From: Schmidtea polychroa
Lineage: Eukaryota
NCBI GenBank assembly: GCA_044892525.1
Contig: CM097886.1
Span: forward strand, 152,396,001-152,460,000
Direction: 5' to 3'
Length of the DNA: 64,000 bases
Part shown: piece after piece, positions 27,701 to 39,587 of the stretch
Layout of the letters: each line of letters opens with the position of its first letter
How positions within the stretch are numbered: the first letter of the stretch is position 1
The notes under the pieces: generated by a model
What the model was told of the DNA's origin: nothing
The model's database searches: none
What the model saw: the letters and a program-made list of their open reading frames with translations, nothing else
Translations under genes and position numbers: made by a program

Positions 27701-28269
27701 TGTTTGATACTTGGATTTTTTGCACAACAACTACTTACCCTGAGATTTTCAATAGGAATTGTTGTCATTACTTCAGAAAGCTTTAGAGTCTCAGTACTAA
27801 TCCCCCTTATTTTTAAATTAAGAATTTTAGGCAGATTTACTGATTTGGATTTTGATATTATTCATAATTTATTTAGCACTTTTAATCATTTTTTTTATTT
27901 TAGAATGTATTTCATTTTAAAACGCTGCGTTCAAATGACAACAAATAATGTCATTTAAAATAATCTATCTCGTGAAACATTTTCGTAATAATTTCAAAGC
28001 ACACTCGTTAAATATAACTTATCTCTATTTTACGGTGTTAAGATATTTGATCTTTTTGTAATAATTCATCCATCTTATTATACGAATGTATTTATTTTGT
28101 GTGAAATAAATTGTTATTGTTATTATTTTCTTTATTTCCCGATTAAATTGAAAGTGAGTATTTTTTGTGATTCTTCAAAAATTCCACAAGATATAAATTT
28201 TATTAAATTTAAATAATATGTTAACGCAATGTAAGAAGTTCCACAAGTAATTCAAACATAAGAAGACCT

Positions 28270-28490
28270 TGGAGCCAGGGAATCCGTGAACATAGTGGGC
28301 TCATGGGCTTCTCACCTTTGGTATTGGGTTTAATCCAGGCTAAACATCACCAACGTCACTTGTGATCTGTGTAGTCTGGTCACAATATGTTTTGATTGGG
28401 GTTTGAATCTGTTGAAAATTGGGACATGGTAACAAAAATGAGTTTGGTTCACACTTGTAGGCAAGGTCAGCGATCACAACCTCACAATAG
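28270..28490 (+). mobile_element. Possible tRNA-derived SINE
   Basis: GC-richer island with degenerate A-box (catagtgg) and B-box (gggtttaatcc) at tRNA-like spacing; single copy in this window. Confidence 0.28.
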
Positions 28491-28926
28491 TAATTTGGAA
28501 ACTTTTGTGTACTAAGATTAGTTTACATTTTTCTACCGGCTCGATTTAACTACGTTTTGTCCTTTTTTGGTCACTGTTACTAACGAACTTAAAAATTTCG
28601 CTATTTAAGTTTTGTGTCGCAAACTCAATTGCAATTCACTATACCTCTAGTTTAGGTTGAAACTGTCTTTTTTACTGCTTGTAATATTATTTATCTTTGG
28701 TTTCTTTTATTCCCGAAGTTCATTTATGTTTATTTAGTTTTCGACTATAGATCTATGTTTTCATTTCATTACAATTTTTTAACATTGCCTTTACAAGTGT
28801 TTTTTCACTGTTCTCTAACATACTAAAGTAAATATTTTTAAACAATTGACTTTTACAAAAGAAAAAAACTTAATTCCAAATACCTGGTAGGAAGTAAAAA
28901 ATAAATATTTGGATTAAAAATTGGAT

Positions 28927-30718
28927 GGTAACAGGACAATTACCCCCCGGACAAAAAACCCCCCAGGACAATAACCCCCCGTGCTAAAAAAATATAGATT
29001 AAAATATTTATTATATTAAAAAAAACATATTTTTATAAAAAAAATATATAAAAAACCAAAAAATATTAAATTTGAATATAAATTTAATTAAAAGTATAAA
29101 TTATACGCTATTCCACGTAGATAGATGCTGCGATCACGGTAGCTACGGACTATTGAAAGTATTCTTATATTTGCATCTGCATACTTCTTTCTCGACGTCT
29201 GGGATGAATGACCGGCCAGCATTTGAGCACAGTGCAATTGTTGCAGAGCTTGTTCTCTTTGGATAAATGAAATAAATTTCCAAATGGTAGGATGGTAACT
29301 TCCTACGTTGGACTGAAAACTTCTATGCCATCCTTCCACTGCATTATTAGTTTTTGGTAATTCATATTCGGCTCTTTGGTGCATATTCCACATGTCTATG
29401 TTATAAGTGGATTGATGTCGTCCAGGCCGTTGTGGTCTGCCTATATAAAAATCTTCAAAATAATCTGCAATTGGTAAAACGTTCGCAGGAAGCAATTCGG
29501 CCAATGCTTCAAAAGCGCCGACTACATCTTCTGGAGGGACAAATGCTAGTGCTGGAATCATCCGTATTTTTAATGCGAATTCAGAATCTTCCTGGTAACG
29601 CTGTTGAAGACCGTTTTCTTGAATCTTGCGGTAGATGTTCTGGCTTAGATGAAAGAAACATCCTTTTATTTGGCTGTCAGGAAATACTGTCTTCAAACTA
29701 TTTATAACTGCCAATTCAAAATCAACCATAATGCTTCTGGACTTCAAGTTGACATTAAGAATACTTAATTGTTGAAAAAGTTCTTTATACGTATCTTGTC
29801 TTTTGTTCTGCAGTAATGCGTAAACACAAGGAATACATCGCCCATTAGCTAATGCGTGAACTGTATATAGCTGCGTAAAAAGCATAGGAGCTGTTTTAAA
29901 AGTTCCATCCATAAACCAGTGAAATGTTGATTCCAAAAGTTTTAAATTGTTATCTGTTCCAAATATCAACATTCTATTATTACTATCTGTACCAGAATCA
30001 AACAGAAGAAAATTCTGGCCATCAGTTGTTACTTTATAACGTTCAGGAATTACGATTGCGTCAACATTCAGTGGCACTGGTAAAGGGTTGTTGACAACTT
30101 GACGCTGACGTCTAATATTACGACGTAAATGATGTAATGTTGTCAGCTTTGCTTTTGCACTTTCACTTATTGTAGAAACAGATTGCGTAATTATCTGCTG
30201 AGGCGTTTCTTCAGTTTCTTCTGCTAATCTTTTCATTTTTTGAACTGATTTCAGCACTTCCTTTTGTGCTGGATCTGGACCATGAGAATGGTCATTAAAG
30301 CGCCCCACAATATCTTCACCACGAACTTTAATTTTTGCTTTGCACTCAGCCTTGTTACGCCTTTTTTCACATTCAAATGAGACAACCCCATTAGCCAAAT
30401 TTTTCTGCTTCACATATATATAACCTTCGAAAACTACTTTTTCCGCTCCTCTATTTGATTTCAGAAATTCCATATTTAATTTTAATCGATAGTCTATAAT
30501 ATTGAATATTTATTTTTTTTTAAAAATCACTCTAAGTCACCACTTATCCACTCGAAATAGTATGTTATGAGTATTTTATTTATTTAAATGTCCGGGGGTA
30601 AATGTCCTAGAAGCGGTTATTATCCGAGGGTTATTGTCCTGGGGGATTTTTGTCCGGGGGTAATTGTCCGGGGGTAATCGTCCGGGGGAATTGTCCGGGG
30701 GGTAAATGTCCTAGAAGC
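28927..30718 (-). mobile_element. Complete MULE (Mutator, Rehavkus-type) transposon, 1792 bp
   Basis: Perfect 9-bp TSD AAATTGGAT (28918-28926, 30719-30727); termini G-N5-AGGACA; inverted subterminal arrays of GGACAATTACCCCC-like units; one intact transposase ORF. Confidence 0.92.
29088..30473 (-). CDS. FLYWCH + MULE DDE transposase, 461 aa, uninterrupted
   Basis: N-terminal FLYWCH/WRKY-like finger (F.KSNRG...GYIY...FECEKR...CKA...HSH); WFMDGTFK, MVDFE, GCFFH and TNNAVEGWH motifs. Confidence 0.95.
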   Translation of the reverse strand: MEFLKSNRGAEKVVFEGYIYVKQKNLANGVVSFECEKRRNKAECKAKIKVRGEDIVGRFNDHSHGPDPAQKEVLKSVQKMKRLAEETEETPQQIITQSVSTISESAKAKLTTLHHLRRNIRRQRQVVNNPLPVPLNVDAIVIPERYKVTTDGQNFLLFDSGTDSNNRMLIFGTDNNLKLLESTFHWFMDGTFKTAPMLFTQLYTVHALANGRCIPCVYALLQNKRQDTYKELFQQLSILNVNLKSRSIMVDFELAVINSLKTVFPDSQIKGCFFHLSQNIYRKIQENGLQQRYQEDSEFALKIRMIPALAFVPPEDVVGAFEALAELLPANVLPIADYFEDFYIGRPQRPGRHQSTYNIDMWNMHQRAEYELPKTNNAVEGWHRSFQSNVGSYHPTIWKFISFIQREQALQQLHCAQMLAGHSSQTSRKKYADANIRILSIVRSYRDRSIYLRGIAYNLYF

Positions 30719-31165
30719 AAATTGGATTGGAAGGTTTTTCAGTAACAGAATAATAGACGGAATAACAGTACGGAATAACAGAATCCGCATGTAACATCCA
30801 GTAATGTTTCCTTGTTGGTAGTTGATAAAATGGATTGGTTGAAAATGTATATTTATTTCATCTATCAGATGTTGGGAATAATATGCACAGTCCAACATGA
30901 TTATCCATTAAAAATAAAATGTTTTATAAAATCATGAATTTAACGGATTAATTGATGAATAAAATGAAAATAAAATAAAGCTTCTTTATTTGTTTTAATT
31001 GCTACTTAAAGTTTCATAAAGTCTCAATAAAACAGTTGAAATGAAAAATATTATTTCCAGAATGGATTTCTTGACTTTCAATAAAATCTTGAAAAATGCA
31101 GTAAATTATTTTAATAAAACTAGAAATCAAATCAGTAAAATTTAATAAAAATTTGTTGATTTCAG

Positions 31166-32101
31166 CTAATTAAGTCCAAGATAAAAGGGATTTCTAATGT
31201 GTTTGGGGTAATGATATTCAATATATAGTGGTTGGATCTTGTGATAAGGAATTTCATCTTTCTGCAGCAACTTTTCATTACGCTTATCAACATTAATTTC
31301 TGGTGAATAATCCATTTGATCTTGGTTGCCGTTGAACGAAGTTTCAAAAATAAATTTATTGACCTTTGCCTTATTTCGTAACCTAACCTTTCCATCATCT
31401 ACTTTATCAAAATGATGGTTTGAACTAGAATAAAAGAAGTTGTTAATTGGAGGTTTTAGATTAGAATTTCTATTAGGATCTGGATTTTTTGTTGATTGCC
31501 TTTTATTTATTACTTTGACATATCTTCTTGTTTCAGGAGTTTTGTATAATTTTCTGGTATCCAATAATCGTTGAAGATTTACATTGAATTTGTCATGGAT
31601 ATTGGGATACTTACTAGGAGGATAAAATGGTTTTTTATGAACTAAATTAGGCAAAGTATTTGACTTTTCTGTCATTGATAATTGGTCTTGAGAATTTGTT
31701 AATTCTGAAAGTCTTTCAAGGGATCTAATCTTTCTATTATAATCAAAATGCTGAAATAATAATTGACTTCTTTCGATAGAATTTTTAGAGTAATAACTTG
31801 GTAACGGTGTAGCTTTAAACGCAGAATTATTCTTTTTAAATGATTCACAATTATGCTTGGGAATAAACTCTGATTCCCGATGTTCATATTTCCTTTTGTG
31901 AATGTTAGGGGTGCTGCTGCTTAATCTTTTTGAATTTGCAAAACTATTCACAATGTCCTTTGGGGAAATAGTGGTATCATTTCGATATTGGGATAGTCGC
32001 TTGCACTCCTTTACACTTTGAGGTCGTTGAGATTTTGGTAGTTGTTTATGATTGGAAATTTCCGAAGAGTTACTTGATTTTTCATACAGTTTACGAAACA
32101 T
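31166..32101 (-). CDS. FAM161-like (UPF0564) microtubule/cilium protein, 311-aa ORF (whole gene or one large exon)
   Basis: FKATPLP...YNRKIRSLERLSEL reproduces the FAM161 FKAxPxP...RxxRxxxRxxE pattern, followed by KPFYP...PNIHDKF. A 936-nt stop-free frame in very AT-rich DNA supports coding. Confidence 0.5.
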   Translation of the reverse strand: MFRKLYEKSSNSSEISNHKQLPKSQRPQSVKECKRLSQYRNDTTISPKDIVNSFANSKRLSSSTPNIHKRKYEHRESEFIPKHNCESFKKNNSAFKATPLPSYYSKNSIERSQLLFQHFDYNRKIRSLERLSELTNSQDQLSMTEKSNTLPNLVHKKPFYPPSKYPNIHDKFNVNLQRLLDTRKLYKTPETRRYVKVINKRQSTKNPDPNRNSNLKPPINNFFYSSSNHHFDKVDDGKVRLRNKAKVNKFIFETSFNGNQDQMDYSPEINVDKRNEKLLQKDEIPYHKIQPLYIEYHYPKHIRNPFYLGLN

Positions 32102-32252
32102 AAATTGAGAATAAAGGTAAAAATAAAATTTCTTTTAAATTTGTGCTATATTTACCAACAATTTCTTTTAATTGAAGTTAAAATGACATTTTTGTGCTCA
32201 TACTGATATTTATTGATTTTTACTTAATTTTCCTCTCCAACTAGGAAATGTT

Positions 32253-32480
32253 NNNNNNNNNNNNNNNNNNNNNNNNNNNNNNNNNNNNNNNNNNNNNNNN
32301 NNNNNNNNNNNNNNNNNNNNNNNNNNNNNNNNNNNNNNNNNNNNNNNNNNNNNNNNNNNNNNNNNNNNNNNNNNNNNNNNNNNNNNNNNNNNNNNNNNNN
32401 NNNNNNNNNNNNNNNNNNNNNNNNNNNNNNNNNNNNNNNNNNNNNNNNNNNNNNNNNNNNNNNNNNNNNNNNNNNNNNNN
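32253..32480. other. Assembly gap (N run)
   Basis: 228 N. Confidence 1.
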
Positions 32481-33998
32481 ATGTGAAAGATATGGGTCAA
32501 TTTCAACGATAAATGCAAGAAATATATTTATTTGTTTCAAAACTGACTGATGATAACAGACTGTGATCCAACACTTTTTTAGCCTCTGAAAATTTAAGAA
32601 AATATTTGTTCCTGAAAAGTCTTGATAATATTCGAATATTATTAGGACGATATGCAAAATCTTTTTGTATGATATAAATCTATATAAACTATAGAAGATA
32701 ATTTCTTGGAAGTAGCACTAATTAAATGTTAAATCAGTAAATGATAAGATAAGCCTTTTGTTGCAAAATATATATTGAATGAAATGAAACAATTTTCGTT
32801 TATGAAATGATCATTGTAACTTTATTTCATTTTTATATTTATTCACATTGACATACTTTTAATAACATTGTGATGACCCAGAAAGTTTATTGAAGTCAAA
32901 GTGTGCTGGAGTCTTTACTACCTACTACTATCGTAAGATTTATTTTAAAGTTAAAGTTGATTTAATATTTCCTTAGCATTTCAGGCATTTCTGTAAAAAC
33001 CCTTCCGTTTTGTGTAGGTAAAAAGATGCTATTGTTATTTCTATAGGATGTCAGATATTGTTGGAACTCTTAAAATGCCTAATGCTGGAAGAAGAAAGCA
33101 TAAATTGTAAGTTTTATTTATAAGTTTTAAAAATGTATTATTATAATAGAATTTGTTAAAATGAATGTTGACCACGGGTGTAAAATCTGAGAACACATGA
33201 TGCCTTATGAGAATGTACCACTGCGTTGGGCGAATACATTTACAAAAGACTATATTTAGAAATAATTTTAGAAATAGGTCAATTAGTTGATGTATTTAAA
33301 TTTCTAAAATATTATAAAATTAAAAATAGAAGTTGATGAAATGCAAAAATTGACAGAATTAATAGATAATGAAATGCAATATTTGCATACAAGTCGGGTA
33401 ATTCAGTGCATTACTAATTAAAATGATAATGAAAGATCTCCTATCGGTCATTTTTGACCCATGAGAATATTAAGTATAGCAGTCGAGGTAATTCAACTCA
33501 TTTTTCCCCAACTTTTTACAATACAAACATCACATAGTGATGTGTATCTCCTAGGTAAATTTACTTATGCGTTTTTATGGTAGCTTTAAGATGGTAACAA
33601 TTAAAATATTAACCTACCTGAACTCTACAGTTGTAAACAAGTTTCTCAGGGCAGAAATAGAATAATAAATTTTATTTTTAAATAAAGTTAAAAGTGTATT
33701 TTAGTTACTAATTAAGAAGAAATTAGTTATTTTTCGTACTTTGTATAAACATTCTTCCATTTAAAATTTTCATCGACCGTCACTTCTTGCTTTGTTCTCT
33801 AATACTTTATTTTGGCTGCATATTTACCTTTTAATTTTTATATATAATAATTTTTATCAAGATTAAATGAGAGTTTAAAATTATAAAATTGAAATCACTG
33901 GTAAAGACTGAAAATTTTTAAATAATATTATGAGTTTTAATGCTATAATATTATCGACAACTTGTTTTACAAATGTCAATTTTCAAAATTTCATATAA

Positions 33999-34601
33999 AT
34001 GATAAGATTTCGACCTAATATTTCTATAATATATCGCTGTTATTCTACGGTTCCTATTAAAAAGAAAAGTGAAATTATTGTTAAAGTGTAAATATTGTAA
34101 AAATTTGTTTACTGTATTGTAGCCAAAGGCGTCGCAGCAGCTGTTACTAAAGTAACTCGAGATGTCGAAACTAATCCAGAAATTTTAGCAAATTATTGCT
34201 GTATTAATTATCGAATTGGTGAAGAACCGATAAAATTAAAAGAGGACCAGTAATTTTTACTTACGTGTATATTTATTTTAAAATATGAAAGTGAGTATCC
34301 AGAATGGTTGTGGACATTGCCTAAGGGTTTACCAGATATTTCAGAGCTTGATCCTAAATCACAAATTTTTTGGGATAGAGTAAGAGCAGCAAATTTTCGT
34401 GAGTTATCTAGATTAGCACAAAGAGATGGTTGGCATATGAAAGAGCATCGAAGAAATTCACATCAGCTGCGTTCATTCTATGGGAGTTGGTTTGATTTAA
34501 TACGGGATTATGAGTCTAAAAATGGACCATTATTAGATAATTCTGATGTAAATTCTGAAGCTTTTCATGGTCATAAAACGGATAATGATGATAGTCACTA
34601 A
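33999..34601 (+). CDS. MRPL54: Mitochondrial ribosomal protein mL54, 168 aa, join(33999..34068,34123..34249,34292..34601)
   Basis: Exons join in frame across 54- and 42-nt introns; presequence-like MIRFRPNISIIYRCYST; family motif VETNPEILANYCCINY...PIKLKEDHEYPEWLWTL. Confidence 0.85.
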
Positions 34602-34960
34602 TTTATTATTAATAGGAAATGTTTAAAAAATGAATTTTGCTTATTTATTTTTTAATTATGATAACATTATTGCAAATTATTAAGTTTTTTGATTTTGTGA
34701 AAATTCTTTTAAATTTATAGTTGTTTATTAAGGAAATTATTTTCAATTTTTAGATGAATTTTCAATCGGTATAACATTATTTTTTTTGTTTAACGAAAAA
34801 GCTATTGAATATTTAATTTTTGTAGTTAAAAAATAGAACTTCAATATTAGAAAATCATTTTGTACTTATAATTTACTGTAATATTTTGCTTCATTGATAA
34901 ATCAAAGGATTTGATAGGTTGCTTTAAATTAAACACTGTAAATAACGTCTTTGTCAAATG

Positions 34961-35313
34961 CAGGACCGTAACAAGGGTGGTGCGAACGGTGAGGTCGCAC
35001 CGGGCGCAAAACTGGGATGTAACATTTTTTTAATGTTAATAAAAAATAAAAGAATTATTAAATTGCATTGTCGAAAAATAACGCCATAGCTAGCAATTCT
35101 TTAACATTACTGGTTGGACTGATCCATTAACATGCCCTCGTAATTATTTTGTAAAATGTTAGTCCACAAAATGGGTTCCTGTCATTTTTCAATTAGCAAC
35201 AGAATTTTAGAGCATTACCACCTATTATTATAGCAGGCTGTTTTGAATTCACGTGTTGGGGGCGCCAGATATATGAAACGCACAGGGCGCAATAATGTCT
35301 TGCTACGGCCCTG
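34961..35313. mobile_element. hAT MITE (353 bp)
   Basis: TIR CAGG(A/G)CCGTA(A/G)CAAG (13/15); perfect 8-bp TSD GTCAAATG (34953-60, 35314-21). Confidence 0.88.
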
Positions 35314-36018
35314 GTCAAATGCATGTGAACAATTAATAGTCGATCTTTAATATAAGGAAATTAATCACGGCAACGGTATATACAATATGTGGTTGTCTCA
35401 TAACACATTAATGAGAGCAGTGAATAATCTATAAATAAAGGAATCTCTAAAAGTAAAAGTTTCGTAAACTCATCTCAATTTGTTTTTTATGTAACCCTTA
35501 CCTAAGATGTTTCAATTTCAAAAATGCTTCAATCATTTATTTATAAAATTATTGTGTTATCAAGATAAGTTGTCAAAAATAATAAGTAGATGAAAATTTT
35601 TTTGCTATAATTAAGAATTGACTTAAAAAGTAATTGCCAAATGTGTCAAAAGGAACGAGTAAATAGTATTGATAATATTCGAGATAAGAAATGCAAATTG
35701 TGATATTAATAATAGTTATTTGTGTTGAGTTAGTATTATTTGATCCAAAACATGTTGAGTCGGACTGACAGTACTATCCTGTTGAACTATAAATTTACTC
35801 AATAATATATATATCGATATAATTACAAAGTATTTTCATTTGTAAATAAAACTTTCATTGTTTTGATTTGTGAGAAAACTAAACTTAAAGCATCGTAGAC
35901 CAGTGTTTTCTAACCGGGGGTCTATGTACCCCGTAGGGGTACGTGGTGCATTTAGGGTTGCCAACTCCTACAACCTCGAATCCATAAGATTATAAAATTG
36001 CGAACAGTATAACGCTTA

Positions 36019-36966
36019 AGAATTAATAGTAAGGGAAAGTATGATGGAAGCAGTATTAGAAAATGACAAAAGCAGTTGCGAAAGGCAAGAATCCGGAAAT
36101 CCGAGAAAAATCAATAAATTGTAAAATCATCGAAATCGAATTGGGAAAACGGGACAGGTATAGATTAGCTAATGGTCAACAAGATTTACAATTTATTGAA
36201 ATGGTTAGAAAGGGTTGAAAAGCATTCAAATGTGTAAAAACAGAAAACGGTAATTAATTAATTAATTGGCTAATAGGAAACCCGAGCTAATGGGAAACCC
36301 GAGCCAACGGAGAACCCGAGAGATGAAGGAAACCCGAGCTGGGTAAACAAAGAGAAAAGTAAATAGAAGGAAGATTTGGGCCCATTATCGTGACACAACA
36401 ATTAATTGAAAAAGAAAAAGGAGAAGATAGTGCGTGCATGAAGGCCAAATGGACCATTAATTATCTTTGTTCGTTGGACCATTATGGGTGGCAGTCGAAG
36501 TAGATATGTGGAGTCGAATGTCAAGTGAGAGATTGGCTCGGCAATAACAATTTGTCATCCTGATTTCGAAGAGTATATAAGGAATGGGAAAATCAAAACA
36601 AATCGCCATTTTGCCTCAGTTAGGGTAAGAAGAAACGAGACTAGGCGAAAGGTAAAAACTAATTAAAAAGATTAGGGAAAAAGAAGATATAGAATAGGAA
36701 TACGAAAAGGTGAAAAAGGATCGAATCAAAGAGAAAAAGGAAGACGTTGGTCGAGAGAACCTAAGGAAATAAAAAGTGAATATTATTTTCTGTCAAAGCA
36801 TCAACACCGAGCTGAGAATCGGTCAAACTTAACTTTGATTATTGATTGCTTATTGTTGAGAAAAGAATATATTTTTTGATACAAATATACGTTGGGTAGT
36901 TCATTGCTTGATTTAGAGGACACGATGAGTCAGAGGTTACCGACTTAAATTAACTAAAACCCAACA
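36019..36966 (+). mobile_element. Gypsy-type LTR, copy A (solo or 5'-truncated)
   Basis: Collinear homolog at 46021-47010; TATA-like gtatataagg; ends ...AAAACCCAACA, the same tail that precedes a PBS at 52478. Confidence 0.65.
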
Positions 36967-38783
36967 GAAAAGTGCTGGTTAAGTAAAAATATAACTGACA
37001 AATTGTATCAAATTTTGTTGATGTTCAATAAAGCATTCGGTGTTGAGTCTTATTTTAATAATTGAATTATTGAAACCAAGAGCGCGAAGATTCATTGTCA
37101 GTACCGACTTTAATAATTATAACCCAACACTATTCTATTTCACGATCAAATAATTAGACAAATTACTGCAATGTATCAGAGGGCTTCTTAAAATTTTCTG
37201 TGCCAAGACTCATCTTAAGCTAGAATTGCAACGTCACGTTTCCCCGAATTTTTTTGAGAACCCAATATTGGTTTCACGAACAATCCCTAGATATTTTCAG
37301 GAAAACGACTTTGAAAATGTCAATATTTTAAATAAACCCAGTACACTTTTGAATCTGGTTACGTTACGATTACGATTCTTGAAAATGGATTAAACTTCTA
37401 CAATGTAGCATTAATTAGGCTGCAGAAGAGAAAATCTATCACAATTTATTACGTTTTAAACTCTTATTATACCTAAGTTGAATTTAATTTAGAATAATTT
37501 CACAACTCCTATCTCTTGTTATAAGATCACTTAGCTTAGAGGAAGGAAACATATTTTAATATAAATTATAAAATAAATATATAATTTCGATAAAAAATTT
37601 GTAAATATTTTTTTATAAATAAATATTGGTATTTGATCGCTGTATTTACATAAGAAAACACGAGTGAAATGTTGATATAATGGCGATCTCAACGATATCA
37701 TAGTTAAATATTTTTAGAATTTATTTTCCATAATTTAACATTTGACAGTTATTAAAAAACCAAAAGCAAACTTTCGAATTTCTAAAACTTTAGTTCACAT
37801 TTGTTTATATTATTCATTCATTTTAAATTTGGACTAAAGCGTTTGCACACATTCAAATATTGCACAATATATAAAAAACAAACTTTTGAATATATAAAAT
37901 TCATAGAAATTTAATTATTTATCATGTAATTGAAATTTTATTTATTTATAAAATAAGCACACCAAATTGTTGATAAATGTAATGAATTACGTCATTATAC
38001 TAATACACAATCTAAAGAGTAATGTAAATATTTAATAAGTATAAAATTTATTCATACACTAATGAGCTAAATGTTTTAATCCACTAATCAGTTCCTTTCA
38101 TAAGTGAAAATTTGAAACCGTAAAGCGGATTATCATAAAATAAACACGAAAATTTGATTTTATATTGATAAACAACATGAAAATCAAACTAGATTACTTT
38201 CACAAATATAATAATGCAATCTTTATCCTTATAAATAAAATTAATACAAATTTTCACATAGATTCATAAATTTACATTAAAAATCTATTTTAAAAATGTT
38301 AAAATTTTGCAACATTTTAAAAGTTAGCTACTTCAATATAAAGCAAAGATTATAATTTATCTAATTTTTTGAAAATATTTTAACCATATTCAAAAAAAAT
38401 AATAAACTTTAAAAAGAATCCAAAATTGATTGTATTAAATACAAATCTAAATATCATGAATTATTTTCAATTAGTTTATACAAACCAGCGAAAACTACCT
38501 TTGTACACTAAAATAGCGCAATTCAAATAATTAAAAATTGCATGTTCAAATTAGCAATATGTAAATATTTTTTTCTCAAATATCTGACTTCTAACATAAT
38601 CCTTCATAGTTAACCACGTCATTACTTTCAGAAATATTAAAAAAATTATCGATTTTACAAATAATCAACTAGATACTAAAAGTATTTACAAATTAACATA
38701 AAATGCAAGATGGGAAAATGTATTTGAAATTCTATTCAAAACTACTCAAAATAGGGTCAATATATGTTTTTAGATTGAAAATT

Positions 38784-39587
38784 TCATTTAGCCTTTCCTT
38801 GATTGGCAACCCGTGCTACAGCAGCTGCTACATCAGCTTCACTAGCCAGATAATAATGTCGGATTGGATGTAAATTTTCATCAAGTTCATAAACTAATGG
38901 AATACCAGTTGGGATGTTTAATCCGACTATTTCATCATCCCCTATTTTATCCAAAAATTTAATAACAGCTCGTAAACTATTTCCATGAGCAGCAATCAAT
39001 ACTTTTTTATTATCCTTAAATTAATTCAAATAATTACATTATTAATAATATTATATATTTACCTTAATACTCGGTACAATACTGTCAAACCAGAAAGGTA
39101 AGGCTCTTTCAACTGTATCTTTAAGGCATTCCGTCCGAGGAATTCCGGTAAGATCAAGATGTTTATACTTAGTCTCTAACCCAGGCCATCGTTTATCAGT
39201 TATTTCCAAAGCAGGAGGAGCAATAGCATATGCTCTTCGCCATATTTGAACTTGCTGTTCACCGTGTTTAGCAGCAGTTTCAGATTTATTAAGATCTTGT
39301 AACGCTCCATACATTCTTTCATTCAATCTCCAGTGTTTCACAACTGGAATCCAATGGAGATCCAATTCATTTAAAATATTATTAAGAGTTTTTATTGCTC
39401 TTTTCAAAACACTTGTATATGCAATGTCAAAAGTGTATCCTTTATCTTTTAACATTTTCCCAGCTTCTCTAGCTTCATTAAATCCTTGTTCAGAGAGATC
39501 AGCGTCATGCCATCCACAAAATCGATTTTCCTGATTGTAAACACTTTCACCATGTCTAACAAACACGACTTTGTAAACATTGGGCAT
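38784..39587 (-). CDS. PGAM: 2,3-bisphosphoglycerate-dependent phosphoglycerate mutase, 251 aa, complement(join(38784..39014,39063..39587))
   Basis: RHGES phospho-His motif, [12 protein letters not shown] and AAHGNSLR; a 48-nt phase-0 GT-AG intron (39015-39062) joins ...PSIK|DNKKVL... in frame; ends QGKAK*. Confidence 0.96.

Noticed and set aside
27563-27958. 131-aa plus-strand ORF
   Set aside because: An off-frame reading of the hAT dimerization relic running into AT-rich DNA; no independent coding signal.
29354-29707. 117-aa ORF antisense to the MULE transposase
   Set aside because: Shadow ORF of a long coding region, with no motif.
32210-32657. ORFs spanning N runs (also at 42052, 45418-45793, 51382-51710)
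   Set aside because: Artefacts of translating gaps and microsatellites.
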